Shown here: piece by piece, positions 15,281 through 24,051 of the stretch | Position numbering within the stretch: position 1 is the first letter of the stretch | How the letters are laid out: every line of letters starts with the position of its first letter | Assembly: GCA_007126245.1 (NCBI GenBank) | Contig: SLBP01000069.1 | Coordinates: forward strand, 1-48,580 | Reading direction: 5' to 3' | Length of the DNA: 48,580 nucleotides | From: Planctomycetales bacterium | GTDB lineage: Bacteria > Planctomycetota > Planctomycetia > Pirellulales > Thermoguttaceae | Made by a program: the position numbers and the translations under genes | The notes under the pieces: generated by a model | Databases searched by the model: none | What the model was told of the DNA's origin: nothing | What the model saw: only the letters and a program-made list of their open reading frames with translations

Positions 15281-16159
15281 TTACCAGATTTCGATCTCGA
15301 GTTCCAGTTCAACCCCGAGGCGCTGCTGGACCTGGCCGCGAACCAGCTCGATCAACCGCAGCACGTCCTGGCTGGTACAATCGGGCTCGGCGACGATGAA
15401 GTTGGCGTGCCGCTCGTTGACCACTGCCCCGCCGATGCGCGTTCCCTTGAGCCCGGCCTCCTCGATCAGCTCGCCGGCGCTCATCCCCGTGGGGTTCTTG
15501 AAGATGCACCCGGCGCACTGGTGGCCCATCGGCTGGCTGGCCTTGCGGAGAATCCACTGCTTTTGGAGCCGCTTGGCGAGCAGTTTCGGGTCGTCGCGCT
15601 CGAGCTCCAGTCGGGCGGAGAGAATGACCAGTTCGTCGATGCTGCTGCGGCGGTAGGAAAAGACAAGGTCTTCGCGGTTGCGCTGCAAGACCTCACCCTG
15701 GTGGGTGACCACGACCGCTTGGCGAGTCCACTGGCCGATGTCTCCCCCCGGTGTCCCCGCGTTGCCGCGGAGCGCGCCGCCGAACGTCCCGGGGATCGCC
15801 ACGAGCATCTCCAGTCCGGCAAGGCCCTCGTGAACGGCGGTGGTTACCACCCGCCCCAGGCGGGCGCCCCCTCCTGCGGTGATCGAGGTGTCGTCCACCG
15901 CGATGTTCCGGAACTCGGGGGAGCTCAGGTGGACGACGACGCCGGGAACGCCCTCGTCGCGAACGAGGATGTTCGAACCGCGGCCCAAGGTGCGGACAGG
16001 GACCTCTTCCTCATAGCAGCGGCGCACCAGGGCGATCAGCTCGTCCAAATTCCGCGGCTCGGCGAAATAATCGGCCGGGCCGCCAAGCTGGAACCAGGTA
16101 TGCATCGCCAGGGGTTCACCCTGCCGCACGATCTTCTCGAATCCTTTGACGAAACTCAT
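15281..16159 (-). CDS. murB: UDP-N-acetylenolpyruvoylglucosamine reductase
   Basis: Track ORF. The FAD-binding region (LGRGSNILV...GVVV) and the C-terminal MurB domain (AGCIFKNP, GGAVVNERHANFIV) are present. Its start overlaps the murC end by 44 bp. Confidence 0.9.
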   Translation of the reverse strand: MSFVKGFEKIVRQGEPLAMHTWFQLGGPADYFAEPRNLDELIALVRRCYEEEVPVRTLGRGSNILVRDEGVPGVVVHLSSPEFRNIAVDDTSITAGGGARLGRVVTTAVHEGLAGLEMLVAIPGTFGGALRGNAGTPGGDIGQWTRQAVVVTHQGEVLQRNREDLVFSYRRSSIDELVILSARLELERDDPKLLAKRLQKQWILRKASQPMGHQCAGCIFKNPTGMSAGELIEEAGLKGTRIGGAVVNERHANFIVAEPDCTSQDVLRLIELVRGQVQQRLGVELELEIEIW

Positions 16160-17696
16160 CGGCGACCTTTCCTACATCCCCTGCTCCGAGGATCAGCAAT
16201 ACATCCCCTCGGCAAAGCCATCCCTCCAGCCCGCCGAGGATTTCCGGAATCTCGTGAACCGCGGGCACTTCCCGCCCCACGGCGCGGAGGCGCGCCGCCA
16301 GATCGGCTCCCCTGACGTCTCCCGATCGAGCCGGAGGCTCGCGGGCGCGAAAGACCTCGGCCAAGAGCACCTTGTCGGCATTTGACAGGCTGTCGGCCAG
16401 CTCGTCCAGTAACCGGGCCGTCCGGAGGGCCTGGTGGGGCTGAAAAAGGCACCAGAGGCGACGGCCCGGGTACATGGCGCGGACGGCAGAGAGCGCGCAG
16501 CGAATCTCGCCGGGTAGATGGGCGTAGTCGTCCACGATCGTCACCCCCCGCCAGACTCCCACCGGCTCCAGCCTGCGTCGCAGCCCGGGAAAGCTTGCCA
16601 GGGAATCGGCAATCCGGGCAGGGGAAACGCCCTCGTGCCACGCGATGGCGGCGGTAGCCAAGGCATTCTCTGCGTTATGCCTCCCGGGGAGGGGTAGGAC
16701 CACCTCGGTCAACGCTTCGCCCCCGTACACCAGCCGAAAACGATGCCTTCCGCCGCAGACCCCCAGGACGCGGCCCTGCCAATCCGCCTTGGCACCCACG
16801 GCGAACGTCTCGACGCGGCACGGGGCCGACGCAGCCATCCGGCGGACCCTCGGGCATCCGCCGGGGATCAAGAGCCGCCCGTCGCGCGGGAGCCGCGCGG
16901 CGAACGCGCAGAAGGCCGACTCGAGCTCTGCAACGGAGGGAAAACAGTCGAAGTGGTCGGGCTCGACGTTGAGGATGGCGGCCTGGCTGGGGGTCAGCAT
17001 CAGGAAGTGGCGGCGGTACTCGCAGGCTTCGACGACGACCGGTCCGTCGCCGCCGGCCATGCCGCCGCTACCCGCCCCGCGCGGAGCGGCCCCGCAGAAG
17101 ACGGTCGGCTCCCGGCCGTCGGCAGCCATGACGTGGGCCAGCATCGCCGTGGTGGTCGACTTCCCGTGCGTCCCGGCCACCGCCAACGTGCGGCGGCCGG
17201 CTGCGAGCAGGCCTACGGCCTCGAAGTAAGTCACTGCGGGCACCCCGCGGCGGCTGGCTGCGGAGACCTCGGGGTTCCCTGAGTTCACCGCCGCGGTGTG
17301 GACGAGCACGTCGAGCCGCTCCGGGAGGTGCGCCGCAGAGTGGCCCGGGAAGACGCGACGAACTCCTGCTCGCGGCCCCCAGTCGGCCGGGACGACGAGG
17401 TCGGAGCCGCTCACCGTCCACCCGCGGTCGGCCATCACCTCCGCCAGTGCCCTCATGCCCGCACCGCCGATGCCCACCAGATGCGCGGCGGGCGCCGCAG
17501 GCCCGGCCACATGGTGGCGGGCAAGCAGCTCGTGCAGGGAACAACCCCCCGGCGAAGCCCAGCTCCCCCTGAGCTCGGGACTCTGCGCGTGCTGTCTGGT
17601 GGTGGGGTTCATCCGGTGTGGTGGTCCAACGTTTTCCGGTCCCATTCGAATCTGCTGCGATGGGACAAGTCTTGCCGATGCGAAGGCCGGCAACAC
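16116..17696 (-). CDS. murC: UDP-N-acetylmuramate--L-alanine ligase
   Basis: Track ORF. Motifs: HLVGIGGAGM (Rossmann N-terminus), AVAGTHGKSTTTAML (P-loop), and the Mur ligase C-terminal domain. The true start is uncertain. In-frame ATGs at 17645 and 17612 would remove an atypical N-terminal extension. Confidence 0.85.
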   Translation of the reverse strand: MLPAFASARLVPSQQIRMGPENVGPPHRMNPTTRQHAQSPELRGSWASPGGCSLHELLARHHVAGPAAPAAHLVGIGGAGMRALAEVMADRGWTVSGSDLVVPADWGPRAGVRRVFPGHSAAHLPERLDVLVHTAAVNSGNPEVSAASRRGVPAVTYFEAVGLLAAGRRTLAVAGTHGKSTTTAMLAHVMAADGREPTVFCGAAPRGAGSGGMAGGDGPVVVEACEYRRHFLMLTPSQAAILNVEPDHFDCFPSVAELESAFCAFAARLPRDGRLLIPGGCPRVRRMAASAPCRVETFAVGAKADWQGRVLGVCGGRHRFRLVYGGEALTEVVLPLPGRHNAENALATAAIAWHEGVSPARIADSLASFPGLRRRLEPVGVWRGVTIVDDYAHLPGEIRCALSAVRAMYPGRRLWCLFQPHQALRTARLLDELADSLSNADKVLLAEVFRAREPPARSGDVRGADLAARLRAVGREVPAVHEIPEILGGLEGWLCRGDVLLILGAGDVGKVADEFRQRIREDRAAG

Positions 17697-17708
17697 GCCC
17701 TGGCCACC

Positions 17709-18440
17709 TTATCGGCCGTGGCCGAGTGAGACCATCGCAGCCAGGGCAACGGCGGCGGTTTCGGTGCGGAGGATGCGGCTGCCGAGATCGATCGGCGTCC
17801 ATCCGGCGGAGTGGGCCTCAACTACCTCGTCGGTGGTGAATCCCCCCTCCGGTCCCACGGAAAAGGCGATCATCGCATTTGCCTCCGACCCCGATAGCGA
17901 CAGCGACGCCAAGCTCGAAGCGGCGGGCTGGCCACCCGGATGGGCGAGGTAGCGGCGCTCGATGGCACTCGTCTCGGCAATCCACTCCCTCCAGGCCATT
18001 GGGGGAGCAATTTCCATGAGTCGGTTGCGGCCACACTGCTTGGCCGCCTCGATCCCCTGGCGGCGCAGCCGCTCGATAGCGGCTCCGCCGGCACGCGCCA
18101 CGGTGCGGGTTGCTTCCAAGGGAACGAGGCGGGAGACGCCCAGTTCCACCGCCTTCTCGACCAGCCATTTCTGGCGATCCCCTTTCGGAAGCGCTATGCC
18201 TAGTACGATGGCGACCGCCAGCTCCCGATCGATCGCCCGAGCGGCACCTACCGCCAGTTCGACCCGATTACGGGTCACGCGGGCGACCTCGGCAGGAAAC
18301 TCCACCCCACTACCATCGAAGAGGACCACCGGCGTACCCGCCTCGGCGCGCATTACATGGGCCATGTGATGCGCTTCTGCCCCAGAAATCTCCACGCGAG
18401 GGGGGCGGATCGGCGGCGGGACGAAGTAGCGGTCGGCCAT
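17709..18440 (-). CDS. rsmE: 16S rRNA (uracil1498-N3)-methyltransferase RsmE
   Basis: Track ORF. PUA-like N-terminus (RYFVPPP...VEISGAEAHHMAHVMR) and SPOUT C-terminus (GPEGGFT..E.......G..PISLGSRILRTETAAVAA-like). Confidence 0.8.
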   Translation of the reverse strand: MADRYFVPPPIRPPRVEISGAEAHHMAHVMRAEAGTPVVLFDGSGVEFPAEVARVTRNRVELAVGAARAIDRELAVAIVLGIALPKGDRQKWLVEKAVELGVSRLVPLEATRTVARAGGAAIERLRRQGIEAAKQCGRNRLMEIAPPMAWREWIAETSAIERRYLAHPGGQPAASSLASLSLSGSEANAMIAFSVGPEGGFTTDEVVEAHSAGWTPIDLGSRILRTETAAVALAAMVSLGHGR

Positions 18441-18717
18441 CGACGTGCGGGCGGGTCGTAGCGGCTAGGAAAGGTAAAGCCTTCCTGCGGATTCTACCGA
18501 AGAGCCTTCTAGGGCGGAACGTGCGCCGTGCCCGAAGGGGAACCCGGCTCTTCCCTGGCAACTCGTTTTATCGGAAGGAGGAAGAAGAGGAAAGTCAGGC
18601 CCGAGCACAGGGGCTTCATCCCTCCCTGTGTTATCCACTTTCTCTGCTTTCTGCGGCCCTTTCCCGAGACCCCGGGTGCGCGAGGGCTCGACAATATCGA
18701 CCGCTGGGGGGCGAGTC

Positions 18718-19521
18718 ATGTATCCCAATCCGTGGGGGCTCTGCGAAAGCCCTTTCCGTGTTTCGCTCGATGCTCGTTTCTTTTTCCAGAGTCCCATCCA
18801 CGAGGAGGCGCTGGCCCGGCTCCATTTTCTTGTCGAGCAGCGGCGGCGGTTGGGGGTCCTGCTCGGACCGGCGGGCAGCGGCAAGTCGCTCGTGCTGGAG
18901 TGTTTCGCGGCGCAGCTCCGCCGCCAGGGGGCAGCGGTCGCCCGGACGGACCTCGACGGGGTCGATCTGGAGGATATGCTGGCCGCTGTAGGCGTCGGAT
19001 GGGAGCTCAACCCCGATGGCGGTGCGCGGTCGCACGTGCTCTGGCGTCTCGTCGAGGACCGCATCAAGCAGTTTCGCTACGAGCAACGGGCGACCGTTCT
19101 CTTGGTCGACGACGCCCATTGTGGCGAGAAGGCCACGACCGCGGCCCTGATGCGTCTGGCCGAGTCGGATCTCTCCCCCGATTCGCGGCTGACCATCGTC
19201 CTGGCCGCCCGCTCGGAGTCGATCGCCCTGCTCGACCCGCGGTTTCTGGAGCTGGCCGAGCTGCGGATCGACCTGGAACCGTGGGATCAGAGCGACACTG
19301 CGGCCTACCTGGCCGCCTCCCTGGCGGCGGTGGGGCGGGGGGAGCCGCTCTTCGACGGGGCGGCGGCCACTCGCCTGCACGAGTTGGCAGGGGGCGTCCC
19401 GCGGCGGGTCAGCCTGTTGGCCGACTTGGCGCTGTTGGCGGCGGCGGGCGAGAACCGGGAGACCATCGATGCCCACATCGTCGAGTCGGCCTACCGGGGA
19501 CTGGGACTGGTGGAGGTGTGA
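18718..19521 (+). CDS. ExeA/GspA-like AAA+ ATPase (AAA domain only)
   Basis: Track ORF 18628..19521, with the start taken at the internal ATG 18718 (MYPNPWGLCESPF...). N-terminal PF/FF motif and Walker A GPAGSGKS. ExeA-like layout: HEEALARL.FLVEQRRRLGVLLGPAGSGKSLVL ... LLVDDAH. Confidence 0.65.
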   Translation: MYPNPWGLCESPFRVSLDARFFFQSPIHEEALARLHFLVEQRRRLGVLLGPAGSGKSLVLECFAAQLRRQGAAVARTDLDGVDLEDMLAAVGVGWELNPDGGARSHVLWRLVEDRIKQFRYEQRATVLLVDDAHCGEKATTAALMRLAESDLSPDSRLTIVLAARSESIALLDPRFLELAELRIDLEPWDQSDTAAYLAASLAAVGRGEPLFDGAAATRLHELAGGVPRRVSLLADLALLAAAGENRETIDAHIVESAYRGLGLVEV

Positions 19522-19655
19522 CGACTGTCCCCTTCGCCAGGCACGCCGCGGCAGGGTAAGGGGACAGGTCCATTTTTCGGGTATCGGCGGTCGCTAAAGA
19601 CAGGGGCTATTGGCCGAAAAATGGACCAGTTCCCGCCCGGCCGTGAACGGTTACC
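19522..19655. repeat. truncated copy of a palindromic MITE-like intergenic element (right hairpin + right terminal inverted repeat GTGAACGGTTAC)
   Basis: The stretch 19529-19655 aligns at roughly 85% to 30143-30274. Hairpin arms: GGGGACAGGTCCATTTTTCGG (19560-19580) and CCGAAAAATGGACCAGTTCCC (19613-19633). The right-end motif GTGAACGGTTAC lies at 19643-19654. The left half is absent. The element abuts the stop of the upstream + gene and sits 40 bp before the sulfatase ATG. Confidence 0.5.
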
Positions 19656-19694
19656 TCCCGTCGTGTCCCAGAGGACCCTACACGGAGAAGACCC

Positions 19695-21218
19695 ATGAAC
19701 GCCCTCCGCTTCAGCTCGTTGGTGCTGTTGCTCTTCACGTGCGGGATGGGGCGGGCTTCGGCCGACGTGTTGCCGGCTCCGCCCGACATCCTGGTGATCA
19801 TGCCGGATCAGATGCGGGGCGACTGCCTCTCGATCCTGGACCATCCGGCCGTCCGCACGCCCCAGATGGACGAGCTGGCCCGCGGGGGCGCGCTGTTCCG
19901 GCGAGCCTACGCCACGGTGCCCTCGTGCATCCCGGCGCGGTATGCGATGCTCACAGGGCTTCACCCGCAGACGAGCGGCGTGGTTGGCTTTCGGCAGAGG
20001 CCGGTGACGCCCCCCACGATGCCCCAGGTTTTCCGCGACGCCGGCTACCTGACGGCCTTGGTGGGCCGATCGATGCACCAGGCCGATGGTCCCGAGGCCT
20101 TGGGATACGAGGTGGCCATCCGGGGCTCGACGTACGTGGAGGACGACGACTACGTCGACTTCCTCAAGGGGGTGCTGCCCCCACAGACGCCGCTGGGCAA
20201 GGCCCTGCACCGGGACGGCATCCGGGCGATGGTGACTGCCATGGGGTTGACCTACAACCATTGGCAAGCCGGGCCCTGGCCGTTGGACGACGACTGGCAT
20301 CCGACCTCCTGGATTGTCCGCAAGGCCCATCGGTTCGTCGACGAGGCCCCGACCGACCGGCCGCTTTTTCTGACCGCCTCGTTCTACGCCCCCCACCCGC
20401 CCCTCTTCCCGCCGCAGCGCCACTTTGATACCTATTGGTCCATGGAGCTGCCGCAGCCGGCGCGGGGCGAGTGGGTCCACTGGGACGAGCTGACCCCCGA
20501 GGGGAGCCACGGCGGCAGCCGCGTCCTGCTGGAAGGGGAGACGCTCCAGCGGGCCCAGGCCGGCTATTTTGGTTTGATCGAACACCTGGACGAGGCGATC
20601 GCCCCGCTGATCGCGGCCTTCCAAGACCGCAGCGAACGGGCGGGGCGGCGCTGGGTGATCCTCGTGACCTCCGACCACGGCGAGATGCTGGGCGACCACG
20701 GTTACTTCCGCAAGTGCGAACCTTATGAAGGGTCGGCGAACGTGCCTTTCATCGTCGGCGGCTCGGCGGACTGGGGCTTCCGCCGCGGTCTGCGGTCGTA
20801 CCGGCCGGTCTGCCTGGAGGACGTCATGCCGACGCTTGCCGAGCTTGCCGGAATCGCCTGCCCGCCGGTGGATGGCGTCAGCCTGGTGCCGCTGCTGCGG
20901 GGAGACGAGCCGTCGGTCCGCCCCTGGCTGCACCTGGAACATTCCCCCATCTATAGCGATGCCCAGGGCTTTCACTCGCTGACCGACGGGCGAATCAAGT
21001 ACATCTGGCGGCCCGCGGACGGGAGCGAACAGCTCTTCGATCTCAACGACGACCCCCGCGAAGAGCGCGACCTTTCCCGGGACCCGGGCCATAAGGACGC
21101 GCTCGAGCTCTGGCGAGGCCGGCTCATCGAGCGGTTGGCGCCGCGGCCCGAGGGGTTTTCGGACGGCGAACGGCTCATTCCCGGCCGGCCCTACCGTCCC
21201 TTGCAGCCGGGCGCCTAG
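19695..21218 (+). CDS. sulfatase (formylglycine-dependent arylsulfatase family) with signal peptide
   Basis: Track ORF. Signal peptide MNALRFSSLVLLLFTCGMGRASA. PDQMRGD motif. C-x-P-x-R signature in SCIPARYAMLTG. VTSDHGEMLGDHG in the C-terminal region. Confidence 0.85.
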   Translation: MNALRFSSLVLLLFTCGMGRASADVLPAPPDILVIMPDQMRGDCLSILDHPAVRTPQMDELARGGALFRRAYATVPSCIPARYAMLTGLHPQTSGVVGFRQRPVTPPTMPQVFRDAGYLTALVGRSMHQADGPEALGYEVAIRGSTYVEDDDYVDFLKGVLPPQTPLGKALHRDGIRAMVTAMGLTYNHWQAGPWPLDDDWHPTSWIVRKAHRFVDEAPTDRPLFLTASFYAPHPPLFPPQRHFDTYWSMELPQPARGEWVHWDELTPEGSHGGSRVLLEGETLQRAQAGYFGLIEHLDEAIAPLIAAFQDRSERAGRRWVILVTSDHGEMLGDHGYFRKCEPYEGSANVPFIVGGSADWGFRRGLRSYRPVCLEDVMPTLAELAGIACPPVDGVSLVPLLRGDEPSVRPWLHLEHSPIYSDAQGFHSLTDGRIKYIWRPADGSEQLFDLNDDPREERDLSRDPGHKDALELWRGRLIERLAPRPEGFSDGERLIPGRPYRPLQPGA

Positions 21219-23029
21219 CCGACGGAGATCGGCTGTCCCGCCGCCGAGGTGGCGTCGGGGTGCTCGGCCACCGCAGCGGGACGGTGCGTCGTGACGGAGT
21301 GGCAGAGGGCGGCCTCGGGGTGGTCGTCGCAGGCGGCATTGCGCTCGTAGAAGGTGGGCGGCTCGTAGGTCCATCCCTGGGCCAGCCGCCGCTCTTCCTG
21401 GCGGATCTTCCGCAGCACATAAAGCCCGCCGACCCCCGAGGCCAGTCGCGACTTGAGTCCGAACTCGGCGTGCAGGTCGGCGAGGATGCGGGCGATCTTC
21501 TCGTGCATCGCCGGGTTCTTCCGGTAATACCGCCGCGCGGCACCCAGGAGGGCGGAGAACTGCACGGGAAGGTCGCGGGCCTCCCAGGCGAAGCGGTCGC
21601 GGATCCGCGCGTCGGGGTGGTTTTTGTAACGCTTCCAGCCGGCCAGCGTGGTTCGCACGATCCGCATCACGCTGGGCCCGTTGACTTCGAAGTCCCGGGT
21701 GAAGGCGCGGACCATCATCTCCGCCTCGGCCTTGGGAGGGATGTGCGGGTGGCGGTAGTTGAGGTACTCTTGGCCGTGGATGTCGCCGTGCTCGAATTCG
21801 GCGGGATCTTTCATCCGCCCTTCGGCCGAGAGCCGGGCATAGAGGGGGGTGCCGGGAATCGGTGTGTAGAGCATGAACTGGTGGAAGTCCGTGTCGTAGG
21901 CCGCGGCGTAGTCGATCACCCGATCGATGTTTTCCGGGGTGTGCTCGTCCAGAGCGATGATCGAGGAGCCGAGGACGCGGATGCCGTGCGACTGGAGTTT
22001 CCGGACCAGCGCCGGCACGTCGATGCCGTGGAGCTTGCGGTACTGGCTGTTCTCTCCTTCCAGGCCCATCCAGACCCAGGATACGCCCAAGCGGACCAAC
22101 TCGTCGACGCTGTACGAGGTGAGCACGTTCGCGGAGCTGAAGACGTATAACGACCAGGGCTTGTTCTCCCGCTCCATGAGCTCCATCAGCCGTAGGGCCC
22201 GCTTGCGGTGCAGGAGGAAGTTCTCGTCCATCATGAAGAAGGAGCGGACCTGCATCCGCGCTGCGAGCTGCTCCATGATCTCGAAGAGCTCGTCGCCGCT
22301 GGAATAGAAGTCCACGAACTTTCCCTTGCCGCCGAACATGGCCGAGGTGGAGCAGAAATCGCACCCCAAGGGGCAGCCGACCGAGGGGATCACGGTCGCG
22401 GCCACGTCGCCGGGTTTTTCGGGGCAAGTGATGCCCGAATTGCGGGTGCCGTGGCCGGAGATGATCGCCGGATGGCGGACCGGCTGCTTCGTCTCCTCGC
22501 CCAAGTACCGGCGGAACCAGCGGACCCCTTCACCCTTGACGACGAAATCGGCGTCGACCTGCTCGTGGATGTCGGGCAAGTTAGCGACGTGCCCGCCGAT
22601 GACGATCTTGGCCCGCGGCAGGTAGCGGCGGACCAGGGCGCACATCTTCCGCACCTTGCCGACGTTGGGGATGATGGAGCTGATGCCTACCACGTCGTAG
22701 TCGTTGTCGCGGATCTCCTGGATGAAGCGGTCCATCGTGGGGAAGTCGAGCAGCACACAGGGGGCGGCGATGTTTGCCTGGATGAGCATCAGGCCCCAGC
22801 TGCGGTGGAACATCCGCAAGGAGAAGGGGCCCTGCACGCGGGTGACCTGGTTGTGGTACAGCTCCATGGGGTTCATCGCCCGGCCGCCGTACTCGTCGTC
22901 CTGCGCGTAGGGGCCGAAGACGCTGCTGAGCAGGACCTTGGCCTGCGAGCCCAACGGGTGCGGGGCAGCGGAAGCCTCAGCGGCAGGCGCGGAAGGGACG
23001 ACCGGTAGCTCGTGGTGGTTGGCGATCAT
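21215..23029 (-). CDS. B12-binding-domain radical SAM protein (class B rSAM)
   Basis: Track ORF 21215..23347, with the start taken at the internal ATG 23029 (MIANHHELPV...). N-terminal cobalamin-binding-like Rossmann region (KVLLSSVFGPY...DVVGISSII...KIVIGGHVA). CxxxCxxC motif (CPLGCDFCS). ~250-aa C-terminal extension. Confidence 0.75.
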   Translation of the reverse strand: MIANHHELPVVPSAPAAEASAAPHPLGSQAKVLLSSVFGPYAQDDEYGGRAMNPMELYHNQVTRVQGPFSLRMFHRSWGLMLIQANIAAPCVLLDFPTMDRFIQEIRDNDYDVVGISSIIPNVGKVRKMCALVRRYLPRAKIVIGGHVANLPDIHEQVDADFVVKGEGVRWFRRYLGEETKQPVRHPAIISGHGTRNSGITCPEKPGDVAATVIPSVGCPLGCDFCSTSAMFGGKGKFVDFYSSGDELFEIMEQLAARMQVRSFFMMDENFLLHRKRALRLMELMERENKPWSLYVFSSANVLTSYSVDELVRLGVSWVWMGLEGENSQYRKLHGIDVPALVRKLQSHGIRVLGSSIIALDEHTPENIDRVIDYAAAYDTDFHQFMLYTPIPGTPLYARLSAEGRMKDPAEFEHGDIHGQEYLNYRHPHIPPKAEAEMMVRAFTRDFEVNGPSVMRIVRTTLAGWKRYKNHPDARIRDRFAWEARDLPVQFSALLGAARRYYRKNPAMHEKIARILADLHAEFGLKSRLASGVGGLYVLRKIRQEERRLAQGWTYEPPTFYERNAACDDHPEAALCHSVTTHRPAAVAEHPDATSAAGQPISVG

Positions 23030-23505
23030 CAAGGTACCTGTGGTGCGAGTCGGTTCAGGAGAGCAGCAGCACACCGTCCGGGACACGCTGCGCGCGTCCC
23101 CGTGTGCCGGCTCTCGGATTATACGACTCCTCGGCTCCCGACCAGCGCCCACTCTGTTTGCGCCGCGTAAAGGATGGGTAATACTTCCGTGCGTATCACC
23201 CGTAGGAGTGGTTCTGCGGCACCCTGGTCGGATTAGTCTGCGGTTGTTTTGGGGGAGGTGCGGTGCGACACGGAGAGCGTTTCCGCCGCGCCGGAGGGCC
23301 GACGGCAGCCAGGATTCCGAAAACGGCTGCCCCTTCGCAGAAGCCACTCCCGGCCCCCGAGCTGGCTCGATATCGAGTACCTCGGCCGTCCCTTGGATCT
23401 GAGGGGAAACGAGAGCAAAGGGCGCGATGGAGGGAGCGATGCGGCGCGAATGGAAAGGAAACAGGATGGGGGGCTGCCCGGCGGGCTATCGCCTGCCGTC
23501 GTCTT

Positions 23506-24051
23506 CTAGGAGCGTTCCGTCTCGCGGCGGGTCTGCTGAAGGTACTGCTCGAGGATGACGGGGACGCGGTCGGGCGTCACCTGGGCATGGACGTCGTCGT
23601 CTACGGTCATTACGGGAGCCAGCCCGCAGGCGCCGATGCACCGCGAGGCCTCCAGCGAGAAGACGCCGTCGGTGCTCGTCTCGCCGAAGGTGATCCCCAG
23701 CTCGTCGCGGAGCTTCTGGGCCACGCGGTCGGCCCCCTTGACGTAACAGGCCGTTCCCAGGCAAACGTTGATGAGGAACCGCCCCCGAGGCTGGAGGCGG
23801 TAGTAGTGGTAGAAGCTGGCCACCCCGGCGACCTTGGCGGCGGGGACCTGGAGGAGTTGGGCCACGGCGTCGAGGTGGGCGGCGCCCAGGTAGCCGAAGT
23901 GGCCCTGGACCTTGTGGAGGACGGCGATCAGGTGACTGGCGGGCTCGTCGCCGGTGCGGCATCCGCCGATGAAAGCGGCCAGCTCTTCGCCGAGGATCTC
24001 TCGGCTTTGCCCCTCGACCTCGTGCCAGTTGTCGGTGCTGTGACAGCTCAT
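23506..24051 (-). CDS. NuoE-like [2Fe-2S] thioredoxin-fold subunit of multimeric [FeFe]-hydrogenase (HydC/HndA-type)
   Basis: Track ORF 23506..24303, with the start at ATG 24051 (MSCHSTDNWHEV...). That ATG overlaps the HydA stop (ATGA) and is preceded by GAGGT. NuoE-type Cys pattern: C..C...(CLGTC)...C (GGCRTG..., NVCLGTACYVKG, CIGACGLAPV). Confidence 0.8.
   Translation of the reverse strand: MSCHSTDNWHEVEGQSREILGEELAAFIGGCRTGDEPASHLIAVLHKVQGHFGYLGAAHLDAVAQLLQVPAAKVAGVASFYHYYRLQPRGRFLINVCLGTACYVKGADRVAQKLRDELGITFGETSTDGVFSLEASRCIGACGLAPVMTVDDDVHAQVTPDRVPVILEQYLQQTRRETERS

Noticed and set aside
19610-20428. ORFs beginning MAEKWT... inside the repeat element (also 30228 start)
   Set aside because: The ATG lies within the hairpin stem of the repeated element. 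The shared N-terminus is a by-product of nucleotide repetition. The 19610 ORF is out of frame with the sulfatase.
19491-22427. 978-aa minus-strand ORF in the track
   Set aside because: It runs antisense across the well-supported sulfatase gene and in a different frame across the rSAM gene. Its composition is Arg/Pro/Gly-rich and typical of high-GC shadow ORFs, with no motifs.
23030-23505. Possible cobalamin riboswitch in the leader of the B12-binding rSAM gene
   Set aside because: No B12-box-like consensus and no conserved GCCACTG element was found by eye on the transcribed strand. Only a simple hairpin (GGCAGCC..GGCTGCC at about 23301-23335) was seen.
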